Origin: Mytilus californianus
Taxonomy: Eukaryota
Reading direction: 5' to 3'
Length of the DNA: 64,000 nt
Assembly: GCF_021869535.1 (NCBI RefSeq)
Contig: NW_026262690.1
Span: 112,282,001 to 112,346,000 of the forward strand
Shown: piece after piece, positions 46,384-60,760 of the stretch
Layout of the letters: each line of letters starts with the position of its first letter
How positions within the stretch are numbered: the stretch's first letter is position 1
Translations under genes and position numbers: made by a program
Notes under the pieces: model-generated
The model's input: the letters and a program-made list of their open reading frames with translations, nothing else
Told to the model about the DNA's origin: nothing
The model's database searches: none

Positions 46384-49300
46384 TTGCCTATAGTTTTAAG
46401 TAATTTAGAGTATAACAATGTAAAGATTTCGCCATTTGTAAGGAAAATAAGAAATAGGGTTAGAGTTATTGTCAAAAAAAATAAGTTACTTGGTAAAGAG
46501 TTTGCACTTAATCTGAAAAGTGAACTAAAGAATTTAGGTCCTTTCTATAATGAAGTAGGGATAACGCTTCAATGGTTAGAAAATCCCTGTGAAATTCCAA
46601 TTAAAACTGAACAAATTAAGAAAGGGCTTATTTTAGAGTTTAGGAAGGCAAAGGTCAGTTTTGGATTTACTGTAAAACAATGTTCACAATGGGTTTTTTA
46701 TTTGTGTAGTTTAGATGTGGCCCCAAATATGGGTGCACTACAAAATCAGTTGGAGTTTATGTATAAGAGACAGCTTTCTCAACATAAATAGAGTAACGAA
46801 AGGAAAAGGCAATATCTTAACACGCTGTATTTGGCACCTGAAAGGAAAATTGTTCAAAATAAGGCAAAGCAAACAAATTTACCAAAAATGTTGGTTCTGA
46901 AAATAAACATATCAATGAAAATGAGAATAAAGAACAAAATAGTCACAGACCTGAAAAAAACTTGCTAAATCAAGAACAGAGAGATTGTAATTTAATGTAA
47001 ATATTTACAAACTTAAACAGGAGAATTTAAGATTAAAGAAAAAACATCATGTTTGTGAAAATAAATAATCTGAGTTGTCTGTACGTAATGTTAACAAAAG
47101 CATAAAGCGTAAACAAAAAGAAAATTATTGGCCTTCAAAAGGATAATAATAAATTGAAAAAAAGAAATCTTGTTTACAAAATTGATAGCTAATGAAATAA
47201 GGTAAAAATACAAAGTTCAGTCTGCTTTAATGAGATATTATAAATCTTTGAAAGTAAAAAAAAAAAATACAAAATACAAAGAACTTGAATGAGACTATTG
47301 ATTTAAAGGAAACAATTCAGAGTAATAAGGAAAGAATTGAATATTTAGAAAATGAAAATATGAATTTACAGGAGGAAGTTAATGAATTTAATTTAAAATG
47401 TCTTTTGAATTGAACCAAATTGTTAAGACTTTCCATAATGGAAATATAATGATTCGGTTAGAGAGGTTTATTACTAAGTTTAAATGTTGGTGTTAACAAT
47501 GTGGAAAAGGTGTTTAGGACAGTTTTAGAAAAGTTAAGGGGGTTGAAAGTAGAAAGGTTGCCAAAACGGACCTTTTCCGAAATAATGCTTGTTGAAGCTA
47601 AAGCTCTTGCTCAAATGCAAGCAGCTGAGGCAATGCTTACCAGTGATTTCAATACACTGCATACCGATGGTACGAAAAGAGGGGTCATGAATTTGGTGGT
47701 GTTCAGGTTGGAACCTCTTCTGTTCAGTTTAGTTTAGGTATAAATGAAATGGTTCGTGTAGATGCCGAAAGCTTTAAGTCTTTAATAGATTCTGTATTAG
47801 CAGACATGTCAAAAATACTTGAAAAAAATTCAGATACTACATGTAAAGAAAGTAGGTCAAAAACTTATTTTATTTTAAAAACATGATGACTGATCGCCAT
47901 ATTGTAAATCAGTCATTAAAATCATTATTAGAAAAAATGAAAATAGAATGTTTACCATGTGATGATGATACTGATATAGATTTAATTAAAAAGATGTCAG
48001 CTGTTAATGGATTTAAATGTAACCTGCATGTACTTGTAAATGTTGCTACTCAGGCTGAGTCTGGTTTGAAATTATGGGAACAAAATATTTTAGAATCGGA
48101 TGATTGTAGTAGTTATTCTAGTCCTAGTTCTTGTGATTTTATCAGAGCTTCTACAAAGCTGTATGTGCCGGGTGCAGATGAAAAATCTGGTTATGGTATA
48201 CTTTAAAAAACATTTTAAACCAGTTGGAACCTCCTGTTGATTTGCAACTTACCACTTTTCATGGGCATATAATAAATTTACTGTTTTCAATGGGTGCAAG
48301 TGTTTTTCATCATATAAATCATATTAAATTATTTATTGAGAATTATTTTAATAAAGAGGACCGAAAAAGATTGCTTTGTGCTGTTTATAACTATGTAAAC
48401 CATCCTGTATATTTAGCAGGTTGTAGAGCTTTAGGTATTGTAGATAAGCTTCTTACTGGTCCTTTATGGAGAATTATAGAAAATATTGAGCATATTTTAG
48501 ATTTAAATGATGTTTGGTTGGTTTTCAAAAAATACTATTGAACTCCTTTCAAAGGATGCTTTAGAGCTAATTGAAGGGAACATTTTTTATCCAGAATTTA
48601 CCAAAAAAGATGAAGTTTTTAATAGTTTATTTATTGATAATGATACTGATGAAGAATTAAACCATTGAGGCTCTTCATATTATTTTAATAATTGTTTGAT
48701 TATGATAGAAAGACAGCTTTCTGACTGTTTAACTGGTGGTATTTTTAACGAAAATACAGAAGGTGTACATAAAGATCTGCGTGTTGAATCAAGAACTGTA
48801 TCAACAACAAATATAGTTTCTGAGAGATTTTGCTAATCTGGACCGCTTGAGGCGCGAAAAGCCTAAGGCTTACACCATCGCAATAGAAGGCATAATTTTA
48901 TTTTCAAATAATAAAACATTAAAATGGTTAGACAGCATGAGTGTAGAAAAAAAGCGGAGGTATTTAAAATAGCAAAGGAGAAAACTCCAGAAATTATAAA
49001 ACAATTTAGGAAAAGAAAAGAGGAAATTAAAAAAAGTCATATGCTTTTATTAAAGCAAAGGAAAGAAGAAAAAGAGAGAAAAGCTTTGAAAAAGCAGGAG
49101 GAAGTTAAAACCTTGACAATGGAAATTTAAAAATATGGAGGGTTGTGGTTTAATTTGAAAAATTTAAATCAAAACTTGAAAAAATGTATAATAGAAGTGA
49201 AGATAAATCAGAAGCTGTTAAAACACAAATTAAATTTCACAAAAAGGTTTTAAAAACAAACACTGATGATAAAACATTGCTTCAGTTTTCTGCAAATAAT

Positions 49301-49900
49301 ATACAGTTTAATTTTGAAGAACTTTTATCTCATTTAAAGATTTTAATTAAATTTTCAAGTCATTGAAAAGAGATGGAGAATGAAGATTTTTCAAATGATA
49401 ATGAAAATTTTATAATAAAATCTGCAAGTGATAGATTAATTTTTATGGAAAAACAAAGGGAGATAATGTTACAAAAAATCTGAAAGATGTTTTTGTATCT
49501 CAAGAACCTGTTACAAAAAAAAAAAAACACGAGGAAATGAGTGTTCAGTTATAAATTCTGTAATTTCGTGTAATAATACTAATATTACTATTAATAATAT
49601 TGATCATAGCAGGGACTATGTTTTACCAAACTTAAATTGTCAGTGTGAACAATATGTTGCAGTGGCTTGCTTATGCAAATACATGGTATCCTGGACAAAT
49701 TTTATGTATTAATGATATTTTTTTAGATATTAAATGTTTACATCCTTCTAAAAAACAAAAAATCTTTTCAAATGGCCTGAAATTAATGATAGACAAAAGG
49801 TTGATTTTTTTTTTTTTTTTCATAGATGTTGGTGTATTACCAAAAGATGTTAGTGAAAGGTCTTGATATGTTACCAATTTTGCAGAAGTTTCAGAGGAGT
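46384..49900 (+). pseudogene. Decayed DDE transposase of the hAT-like D..D..CxxH..E type, with a C-terminal Tudor-like segment
   Basis: TLHTDGT, MMTDR, FKCNLH, YLAGCRALGIVDK..GPLWR, TNIVSER(D)FANLDRL and later YVAV/AYANTWYPGQI..FKWPEIND. Confidence 0.65.
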
Positions 49901-50099
49901 ACAAAAAACATGCAGAAACATACTTCAGTTGAAATTCAACTATTAATACTTCATTGTTTAATTTTTTGTAGGTCATTCAATTCTTTATTTAAATGTTGTT
50001 TTGAATATATATTGGAACAAGTTTAGTTTAGAATAAAATTTTATACTCTTGTTTAGCATATTAATTTTGCATGTAAAAAATAATGGTGATTGGAAAAAG

Positions 50100-50450
50100 T
50101 TAAATAACAAAAATACTAAACTACGAGGAAAATTCAAAACGGAAAGTCCCTAATCAAATGCCAAATTAAAAGCACAAACACATCAAACGAATGGACAACA
50201 ACTGTCATATTCCTGACTTGGTAAAGGCATTTTCTTATGTAGAAAATGGTGGATTGAACCTGGTTTTATAGGGTTAAACCTCTCACTTGTATGACAGTCG
50301 CATCAAATTCTATTATATTGACAACGATGCGTGAATAAAACAAACAGACATAATAGGTAAAAATGTCAAAATAAGGGTACAGCAGTCAACACCTTGTCAC
50401 AATCTTAATCACAACAAAAACAAACAAATATTTAACAAAGAAGCACAAAA
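50100..50450 (+). repeat. R4 dispersed repeat
   Basis: Copies at 20590-20700(-), 25020-25135(-), 39385-39620(-), 42260-42430(-), 54450-54690(-), 59960-60257(-) and 60447-60760(+). Confidence 0.8.
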
Positions 50451-50747
50451 AAGCATAAATCACATTTAATATTATTAAACTTCATGTCTAAATGCCAGAT
50501 TTTGATTGGTTAATACGAGGAAAACGATTTACTCTATCCCATGGCAAATTCTCTATTACCCTTTACGGAGGCGCTTGCTCAAGTGTGCGCTTTAATAAAT
50601 ACGGATGATTGTTATGTACAAGACGACATAGTTTATTACTTTGAATTTGAAATTTAATAGACAGTAATAACAGAACATTCAGTTTAATAAATTAAATAGG
50701 TGATTCATCTCGGAATTGGCCACAACCTGGACAACATTTTATAGTTA

Positions 50748-51110
50748 AATAGATATAAGATGTGGTATGAGTGCCAATGAGACAACTCTCCATCCAAGTC
50801 AAAATTTATAAAAATAAACCATTATAGGTCACAGTACGGTCTTCAACACGGAGCCTTGGCTCACACCGAACAGAAAGCTATAAAGGGCCCCAAAAAAATT
50901 CTTAGTGTAAAACCATTCAAACGGGAAAACCAACGGTCTAATCTATATAAAAAACGAGAAACGAGAAACACTTATGAACCACATCAACAAACGACAACTA
51001 CTGAACATCAGATTCCTGACTTAGGACAGGTGCAAACAAATGCAGCGGGTTTAAACTTTTTAATGGTACCAAACCTTCACCCTTTTTCTGTCACAATAGT
51101 GTAACATCAC
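50748..51110 (-). repeat. R2 dispersed repeat, longest copy in the window
   Basis: Shares the terminus tagatataag(aa)gatgtggtatgagtgccaatgagacaac with the copies at 1847, 24106, 31680 and 37095. Confidence 0.8.
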
Positions 51111-54100
51111 AACATAGAAAGACACACTATAAAATATCAACTGAAATAGCTTAACTCAATCAAAAGACATATTAACACCATTGAACATACACTGAACAAA
51201 TAAATTTGACCTATGACACAATGTAAATACAAAATAAATAAACTAAGGGAAGAATAATAAAAGTAACATGTTATATCGGTAAGAAATGTTAAACAATTAA
51301 AGAAAAACAATATGCTGTATGGATTATAGTCTTATTCATTAAATGATAGAAAAAAAAATAATGTTTTAGGCACCTAAATTTTTTTGTATGTTTCAGGCAC
51401 CAACAAATTTTGAATAATGTTTCAGGAACCTAATAATTAAACTTTCTTTAGATTCCAGGGTCGGTCAGTTGAGGAATGATTCACTCAATTGTTGCTTGTG
51501 TTTATAAGAGGTTATGGGAAATAACTAAATGCATTTTAATTAAGTTAACATTTCTGTATGTCTTGGATGGAGAGTTATCTAACTGTCAATCAAACTGCAT
51601 CTTCTGAATTTCTTGTTAATAAAATCTTAAGTAATATGAATTTGTTTTGATTTAAGCCATCCTCTTTTTGAGAATTGAATATCAAGAGATTAATATTCCT
51701 GAAAATCATATCATTATCAGAGTATACATGGACATAGCCCTTGGAAATATCACACTGTTTTGGTTCAGCATACAGGATGTTATTGGATATTAAATGGAAA
51801 GATCCATATTAAGATTTAAAAATTAGTATTTGGTGTATCTTTGGTTAGATTAAGTTTAAATAAGTGCAGGATACTGGTTATTTAGTTTGAATGTAGCATT
51901 TAGTATGCTTTTTATCTAGGCCAATCAAAATATCTATTAGGATAGGACTGTTACCTTGTGAATCAGCATTTAAAAAATCAATTATTGAAACTTATTCACA
52001 CCACATCAAAACAACATGTTTTCTTTGAAGATTACGCACAGTTTTTATGCAACGTATATTTTAAAAGCTGTACATTATGAATCAAATCAGTGAAGCTCTT
52101 TATTGAAAGCAGTAATGAAATATGCATCATTAGCAATGAAAAGATGGATTAAAGACCATTATTTTGGTACTAAGATTTTTCAAAATCGGTTAAGAAATGA
52201 CCGAGTTATGAAGGAAAACGTGGTTTTCTCGGGTAAAAATTGACAAAACGTCGGCCATCTTGATTTCACAATGTTGAATTTCAAATTTCATCCCAATACA
52301 TTGCAGTTTTAAGAGATGTGATCATTTTGGTCTGTTTTCTTGTCAATAAAAGCTGCTTTATGGTGCAATTTAGATTTTTCAGGAAAATTTATAGCGACTA
52401 CATGTTTAGAGACCATGACTCTTTGTTTTTTCCATTTTATCACACAAAGTTTTCATAATTCAACAAAACAGGCAAGGTTCTATAGTTAGTATAGTGTAAA
52501 CTATACATTAATTGGTAATTTTACAGAAAAATATGGTTCAACATGGCTGTTCAGGCATTTTGTGCAATGTCAGAAGGGAGTAATCTAGGCTGTTGGATGC
52601 TGAAAAAAATCTATTAAAACATATGTAAATGAGTATTGATGAATATCTGTAAAGAATGGATTGTATTCTGATAGAAAATGGTGTTTAAAGGCAAAGTACT
52701 TGCTACTTGCCACAAAATATGCCTATCAAAATTAAAATCCACTTGTTTTTATTGGCGGCCATCTTGGAGAAAAAAGGGGGGCTGAACATCAACTTTGAAT
52801 CGATCATAACTTTGTAACCGTACATTGGATTTTTAAAAAAAAGGGCTTGAAATGCTCGTCTTGACAAGATCATTACAAATAAGTCAATTATACACTATAT
52901 GTTCCTGTAATTATATAGGCCTGGCCTCTCTAGTAAAGGCCGTATCCAAAGTCACATGGTCTACGTGGTACTTAATCGTGTGACATTTCTACTCAATCTT
53001 TTAGATTTAAATACGGAGACAATTACCGTTGATCAGAATGTTTGCAATATTTGTCACATATCCAGATCATTACACAAACATATTGATAAATATAGAAAGG
53101 AGGGTCGCCCTCTTGAACTAGATGCAATTTTCATACAAGAAAGGTGATTAAAGCAGTTTTATTCCAGACAGCACTATATGATTAATGGATGCTGTTTCCA
53201 CATCTGAAAAATAAAGACAGATCTCACTGTGGTGTAAGTGCAAATGTGGAAAAAAAATTTACAGTAGACTTATGCATGTTTATTGCAGATGAGATAAAAG
53301 GTATTCATTAAATACATATATACATTACAAGACAACAAAATTATGATGGGCACTTTGGAGTCTTACTGAAGCTATCATATATTTGTGTGATTTACATTAA
53401 GGGGATTACAAATTTTTCAGTGTAACTATTCAAAATGATGCATCAATAATCTATAGCTTTCATAATGTGTACATGATGTAGGCCGTCTGAGTTCTTGTCA
53501 TACTGAAATTTACAAAAAGTCAAAAGACGTCTCCATCAAGGTACAAAAGCTTTTAAAACAAAATATCTAACATGCTGCTCATATCAAAAACTTCAAAGAC
53601 ATATACTCTCTCGAATTGTTTTCATAAATACAGAATAATTGTTTTATATGTTTTCGTTATGTACAACACGTTGTTTCTCCAATAAATCTCATCATTTTAA
53701 CAAGATGCACAACTAATGGAATGATAAACTACCTATACAGTTAAGGACCATACCTTGCATATGCATAAAGACCAAATATGCGAGAAACCCGGTTTTTGTC
53801 ATTTTGAAAGCTTTTCTTTTGCTTAAATGTAAGGTGATGAGGAGGCCAATTTTTCTACTACATGCATTGCACAATCTATGGATTTCTGTAAAATTTTCAT
53901 CTAATTCTAATGCGTCGTTTGTTACATTGAATCCCTTACTGCAATACCGTTAGGTCATATCTTAAGAAATGGCATGATTATCTAACTCCTTCTGATATGT
54001 GAGCGGTCTAGGGGTCAGTTTTGAAATTTTAGAGTATAGGTATACATTTAAACAAAAGGCAGATCCAAGGATCCTCGGTCCTATGAAATTTTATTCAACC

Positions 54101-54449
54101 AATTCTCATGAAAATGTCAAAAACTAATATTAAGATTGACGGAAGAAAACTCTTATTTGATATTTGTAATTTCTAATCGTGTTATTCCATGACTTTAACC
54201 ATCAGATTTACATACCCCAGACTAACTTCCGTATGTTTGGGTTCTTTTTATTTGTCCTTTTACATTTTCAACCTTTTCTATTCAGTCCATTTTTGGTAAT
54301 ATACTTTTGACGCGGCTCAGTACTTATACATCCCGCCATTGTGTTAGTGTGCTATGGTCAATTTTGTATTCTGGTCTTTAATTTTTTGCTGATGTACTTT
54401 GCCTATAGAGTGTCTATGTGCCATTTCGTGTTTCTTTGTTGAAATAGTT

Positions 54450-54690
54450 ATTTGTTTTTATAGTGATTAAGAATAATTACAAGATTGACTGCTGTACTCT
54501 AGTTTTTTTTACATTTTTACCTATTATGTCTGTTTGTTTTGCACAAACATTGTTGTCAATATAATGGAATTTTATGCGACTGAGAGGTTTACCTAGCCAT
54601 AAAACAAGGTTTAATCCACCATTTCCTACATAAGCAAATGTCTGTACCAAGTCAGGAATATGACAGTTGTTTTCCATTTGTTTGATGATC
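54450..54690 (-). repeat. R4 copy
   Basis: Reverse complement of 50190-50420. Confidence 0.75.
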
Positions 54691-55553
54691 CGTCCTTCAA
54701 TAGTAATGGGACTTAAACTGTCAGACTACACAAAGGCAATTAAAACATATCACCATTTAGTGTCCAGTATGCTTGGTTCAAGTAAAATTGAGAATGGAAA
54801 TGGGGAATGTGTCAAAGAGACAACAACCCGACCACAGAACAGACAATAGGAGAAGGCCAAGTGTATTACAAACTTTATACTGGTGAATGTAGACCATTTT
54901 TGACTTATAACATCCCCATGCAAGTTTTCTTGAGAGCTGTTTTAATAACTTTTGATATTTCACTTAATTCTAACAATTTCAATATGCACAAAACACGCAT
55001 ATCATGTGCTTTTGTTGCAGCTGCTTAATAAATCTCTGATAATTAGTATGTAGTTAACTTAGAACTAAATGCTGTAGAAGCACTAGAATTTGCCTGAATT
55101 TTAAGATCAACAATTATAAGAGGTGAAACCGATAACAAATCTTCATGTTGGAGTAAGAAAATAATTTTGTTATATTTGTAAGAAAGGAAAAGGTTTGCGA
55201 GTTGACGAAAAACCACGCGAATGCTACAAAAACTGGGTTTGATCTAGTCAGTCGATGGAATCTCTGAAAGGATTTCTGAAAACAAATAAACATGGAATAC
55301 GGTATATGAATTTGATTGGCAATAGTAACTCCTCTGTGTTTGCTCAGATACAACAGAAGACACCAGTATACATTGTATAGGGGAAGCAAGTAGACAAATA
55401 TAATATGCGAATCAAACATGCAAATGTATGGGGTCAAATCTAGAAAAAACTGTTTGTTGAGACCCCATCATACAAATAAGAAGGAAACCTTTGCAAGAGA
55501 ACAAGAATCAGAATCACAAGCGCTGTAATAACATAAACGGTACCAATTTTAGT

Positions 55554-55600
55554 GCTCCAGATGATGCGCATTTCGACAATTAATGTCTCTTCAGTGATGA
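55554..55600 (-). ncRNA. Hammerhead ribozyme family A, second copy (core intact, stem I decayed), within a repeat spanning about 55520-55830
   Basis: UCAUCA-CUGAAGA-GACA/uuaau/UGUC-GAA-AUGCGCAU-C-(auc duplication)-UGGAGC. Confidence 0.7.
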
Positions 55601-55829
55601 TCGAGGCCAACATATTTGAAAATCAAAAATCTAATATAAATGTTGAAGAGCAGATCAAACCAAACATAACCTAAAGTGTAGCCAAATCCGGACAAGTAAT
55701 CAGAGCCTTGCACGAGGGAGATATATTCCTTAATTTAAAAAATTTTATAACAGCAAATTTTAATCAAACAATTTCCGTATGTTCATGCCAATTCCGAAAT
55801 ACTGGCTACTGGCCTGGTGATACCCTCGT

Positions 55830-56560
55830 GTATTGACAGTCCATCAGAAGAGGTATCGACCTGTAAGATGTGCAATTCGCATGATCTCTCGGGAGAAAAG
55901 AAATGCTGCAAAAAAAAAATAGAATTTGACATCAGAAACACTAAATCTCATGTATATGGAGACCATACTAGATGCAGTGAATTTTGCAAAGTTGTTAAAG
56001 CAAGTTAACCGAAACAGGAGAAGAAAATTATTTAGACATTGGGGAGAATGATTATACTGAACAGGTACCTGTGTGATCAGATGGAACAGCATTAAAGGCA
56101 CAGTGGAATCACGGCTTGGTTCAGATTTATTTCCATTAAACTTGGAAAGTGGAATGCGTCAGGATATATCCTTAATTCTAAACGTGGTTAAGAAAAGTGG
56201 CAATTAGATAGATAATTTGACAACTTACCTAACAGAATGTCGAATGCACATGAGATCCAAGTTTGATAGAGGCAAAATGTTAAGCCATTTCAACCGTGGT
56301 TCATGGCATACAAGATTCTGTGGTAATTGTGGTCCAAAACGATCACCATCTACATGGTAAGATATAACAAATACAATACAAGGCTATAATTTTAATTATT
56401 TTTTCAGTGAAAGACTAAAGCGTTTTCTAAGTAACAATAGACAAAATCAAAACCAGAACTTGCAGATGGAAAAGAAAAAAGTAAGATCACATATTTAAAA
56501 GGAAAGCATACAAGAAATCATAAAATCTGATCTACCGGAAGAAAACTACAACTAAGAGCA
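55830..56560 (+). pseudogene. Mutator-like transposase remnant
   Basis: FDIRNTKSHVYGDHTRCSEFC and LTECRMHMRSKFDRGK..NRGSW resemble recalled invertebrate Mutator-like domains. Confidence 0.6.
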
Positions 56561-56699
56561 ACATGGATTGACGACAAAAAAAAATTTAACAGCATCAAAT
56601 TTGGTCTGTGTTCAAAAGAAATCCTCAATTACCTGTTACTCCTTTGGTTATTTTTTTACTGTTCAGAACAGTTAGAGGTAATTAATCGACAGACTTGAA

Positions 56700-57045
56700 T
56701 ATAGATTGATTGTTGCTTGCTTAACCTTCAGTGGGAAATATTTCATGCATGTTCATAATGAGAACAAATTGACAATACAAACAATAGATAGGGTCTTGTA
56801 ATCGAGGCCGTCCGGGATAAGGTCGGGGAAATGTCGACTGCCAGTGGAACAATGAGGGTTTATTGGATAGAGACAGAAATTTGGCCTTGTAACAGGCCAC
56901 CTACGGACCCATGAAAGAGGTTGCAAAGGTTTTTAACGTGCAGAGAGCGTGGTACTCGCGCTACACGAGGCTTCCGACTTACTGCCGTTCGGAAGACAAC
57001 CAAACTGACCATATTTCCATTTCAAAGTCATCCTTGGGGTCGGCT
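56700..57045 (-). mobile_element. R1 SINE copy
   Basis: Reverse complement of the 30165-30630 and 34215-34556 pattern. Confidence 0.75.
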
Positions 57046-57265
57046 TAGAAGGAAATGGGCACTATACAGGAGCATATACATCAAACAGCAAAAGAAGTGT
57101 TACAGTTGATCAAAGTAGAAAAAAATGGTATTCTTGTTACTGCAAAAGTGCAATTTTTAGGAGCTAGCACGGATGGAAAAGTAATAAATGAAAATAGTAA
57201 CCAGGAATTGATTGAAAGTAAAAATGTTTCTCACAGCAAAGGCATCACCTTAATGCAGATATAAA

Positions 57266-59320
57266 GTGTTAAGAATTAACTTAAGCTTAAACTTGCACAC
57301 AAGAATAATTATAACCAATTCCAGTGACTTCTCACCTTCGGAACCTTTACACGAGGAACCTTCGGAACCTTTACACGAGGAAAAGAGGAAATTCCTTCCT
57401 GTTCACTTTACCAATAGAGGGATTGATGCAATCAACATCTGCAACGTTCTACATCACAAGGAGGTAACATCTAAAATTCCTATTTATTTTCAAAATCAGT
57501 CTGTTCCTATTGTATCCTACAGTTACACCAAAACCATTGCACCTAAAGTATTTAACTATAAAAAAGCATTGCAGGACCTTGACTTAGAACAACACCTCAA
57601 AAACCCATCGACATGTGACTGTTCCCACTCGCCTTAAAATTACAGCCCCTCTGGTCATGTTATAACTGGGGATCTAAACATAATTCAACATGAAAATCTC
57701 CGAAAGGTGATTTCTCATGGTCCTAAGTTTAGAGAACCCCAACACATCAATTGGAACCATAACTTCAAAATAATTATGGATTCCATTGAGGACTACGCCA
57801 GAACATGGGCTAAACGAGAAGTTGAACTGGACACTTTGTCAGAATGGCTCAAAACTATCAGGTCTCTGATAAAACGTCGCATTCATAAGTTGAAAAACTG
57901 TGTGAATGATCGACCTAAGTCCGTTTTCAGAGACAAAGAGGCCGTGAAATGTCTATCATCTCTTCATGATAAGTATGTTGTTGTTCCTGCGGACAAAGCT
58001 TCAAATAATATTGTCTGTATATGTAAATCGTATTACTACGAATGTCTTGTAAAAGAATTAGGAATAAATGAGCACTCAGGTAATCCCACATACAAAGACA
58101 TATCATTTGACAAGGATGAGATTTTAGCAAATCATAAGTCCTTCATGGCTTCAATGAACATTACATTGAACACCAAATCGGAGGATTTACCTTGTTTGTA
58201 TTGTATATCTAAGCTCCACAAAATTCCTTACAAACAACGGTACATTGCCGGCTCATCTGCATGTTCCACTAAAGAATTGTCCATTACATTGACCAAAATT
58301 CTGTCCGCAGTGAAAGAGGGTCTTCAGAAATACTGTGAAACTGTTTACTCGCGTAGTGGTATTAACCATATGTGGATTCTTAAAAATTCTAAAGAACTTC
58401 TAAATAATTTTAAATCTCGGTCTTTTTCTGAAATTAGTTCTATCAAAACTTTTGATTTTTCAACCCTGTATACCACCATTCCCCATGTGAAATTGAAAAA
58501 TCGCCTGAAAGAAATAATCCACAATGCCTTTCATCATAAAAATGGTAGCATACGCTATAAATTTATTACTTTGGGATATCATAAGGCATATTTTGTTAAT
58601 AGTGAACAAAAGGGTAAAACATGCTACACAGAAGAACAAGTGATCAGTATGCTGGAGTTTCTTATCGACAACATATTTGTTGAATTTGGAGGTAGACTTT
58701 TTCAACAAATAGTCGGCATTCCTATGGGAACGAACTGTGCGCCTCTCCTTGCCGACCTCTTCTTATTTTCATATGAATCGGAGTTTCTTCAGACACTTGT
58801 CAAAAACAAGAAGATCAAAGAAGCCAGATTATTTAATTTCACTTTTAGATATATTGATGATGTTCTTTCCATTAACAATCCGAACTTTTCTGATTGGGTT
58901 CCATTAATATATCCCCCAGAACTAGAAATTAAAGAAACAACAGACACGGCTTCCTCCGCCTCATTTTTAGACTTGTATCTCGAATTAGACATACACAGTC
59001 ATCTCAGTACCAGAATCTATGACAAACGAGACGATTTTAATTTTAAAATTATAAATTTCCCCCACCTAAGTAGCAATATACCAACTTCACCTGCATATGG
59101 GATATACATTTCCCAACTTATTCGATATTCAAGAGCTTGCAGCTTCTACTCAGACTTTGTAAAACGTCACCAGTGTCTGAGCAGAAAGTTGATGAACCAG
59201 GGGTATGTCAAAGAACGTCTCCTCCTTTTTCTAAAAAAGTTCATCGGAAGGTACCAAGACCTTGTTGATAAACATTCCGTATCATCTTCACAAATAATAC
59301 ATGATGGTCTTGAAGTATAG
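57266..59320 (+). CDS. Penelope-like (Naiad-type) reverse transcriptase, 5'-truncated (no endonuclease seen), one in-frame TAA at 57635-57637
   Basis: CxC linker (TCDCSHSP*NYSPSGHVITGDL), GPKFREP, PADKASNN, KLHK, FDFSTLYTTIPH, GIPMGTNCAPLLADL, RYIDD and YGIYISQLIRY. Confidence 0.92.
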
Positions 59321-59653
59321 ATTCTGCATACTGACGTTGTTTATCATCTTAACAACGTGTTATATTGTTCTTTCATTTGTCTTTGTTCTATTATTAATAT
59401 TACTTTTACTGTTTGGTTTGTTTTCTGTGATATCCATTTGACGTGGCTAGGTACTTATACATCCCGTCAATGTGTTTGTATTATCTTTCATTTTTGCTGG
59501 TGTGTTTTGTATATGCGACTTTTTGTGTTTCTGTGGTTCTCATAACGTGACTCTGTACTTTAAAAGATCCCGTCATTATGTTATTGTTCTATTATATGTT
59601 ATTGTTCTATTATAAATTTGAAAATACTTTGAACGACAAACGACAAATTTATT

Positions 59654-59815
59654 TTACTCGCGTAGTGGTATTAACCATATGTGGATTCTTAAAAATTCTA
59701 AAGAACTTCTGGACAATTTTAAATCTCGGTCTATTTCTGAAATTAATTCTAACATAACTTTTGATTTTTTAACCCTGTATACCAACATTCCCCATGTGGA
59801 ATTATAAAATTGTTT
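59654..59815 (-). pseudogene. Inverted fragment of the same RT
   Basis: Reverse complement of about 58340-58500. Confidence 0.88.
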
Positions 59816-59959
59816 TGAATAAACATTGAATGACAAAATTTCTTCTTATGTGACGTTTACATTTTCTGACGTCAGACACGCGAAGCAATGAATGTGGTTT
59901 TTAATTTGATAGATGCTTTTGTGATTTTTTGTAAATAATTGTTTGTTTTGATATTGTAA

Positions 59960-60760
59960 CACAGTGATGACTGCTGTACCCATATTTTGACTATTTTATT
60001 TATAATGTCTGTTTTGTTCACGCATCGTTGTAAATGTAACGGAATTTGATAAGACTGTCGTACAAGTGAGAGGTTTAGCGCTATAAAACCAGGTTCAATC
60101 CACCATTTTCTACATTTGAAAATGCCTGTACCAAGTCAGGAATATGACAGTTGTTGTCCATTCGTTTGATGTGTTTTGTCATTTGATTTTGCCATGTGAT
60201 TAGGGACTTTCCGATTGAATTTTCCTCGGAGTTCAGTATTTTTGTGATTTTACTTTTTTCTCAATATACGGAATGTAGCTTGGCTTGATTGTGTACGCAC
60301 AACAAGTCCATATATCAATATTGAGAAAATCTATAGGATCTGTATTATGGGAGCAACAAAAATAAAAACACAAACTAAGACCTTTTCTAAAATGCACTGC
60401 TCTCAGAATTAGCACATCAAGGCACAACAAATATTCTGGTATAAAGTAAAATAACAAAATACCGAACTCAAAGAAAAATTCAAAACGGAAAGTCCGTTAT
60501 TAAATGGCGAAATCAAAACCTGAAACGAATGGAAAACAACTGTCATATTCCTGACTTGGTACAGGCATTCAATTATATAGAAAATGGTGGATTAAACCTG
60601 GTTTTATAGCTCTCACTTGTATGACAGTCGCATAGAATTCCAATATGTTGACAACGTATGAACTGAACAAACAGACATAATAGGTACAAAATGTAAAAAT
60701 TTGGGGTACAGCAGTCAACATTGTGTATAATCTTAATCACTATGAAAACAACTATGTCAA
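59960..60760. repeat. Head-to-head inverted R4 pair (59960-60257 minus, 60447-60760 plus)
   Basis: The two ~300-bp arms are reverse complements with an ~190-bp spacer. Confidence 0.8.

Noticed and set aside
51900-54300. Non-coding DNA-transposon-like sequence (GGCCATCTTG motifs)
   Set aside because: No TIR pair, TSD or coding motif could be established.
57055-57264. GIY-YIG endonuclease upstream of the Naiad RT
   Set aside because: No GIY/YIG or CCHH motif in any frame examined.
57635-57637. Selenocysteine readthrough in the Naiad ORF
   Set aside because: The in-frame stop is TAA, not TGA, and falls at a likely Tyr position.
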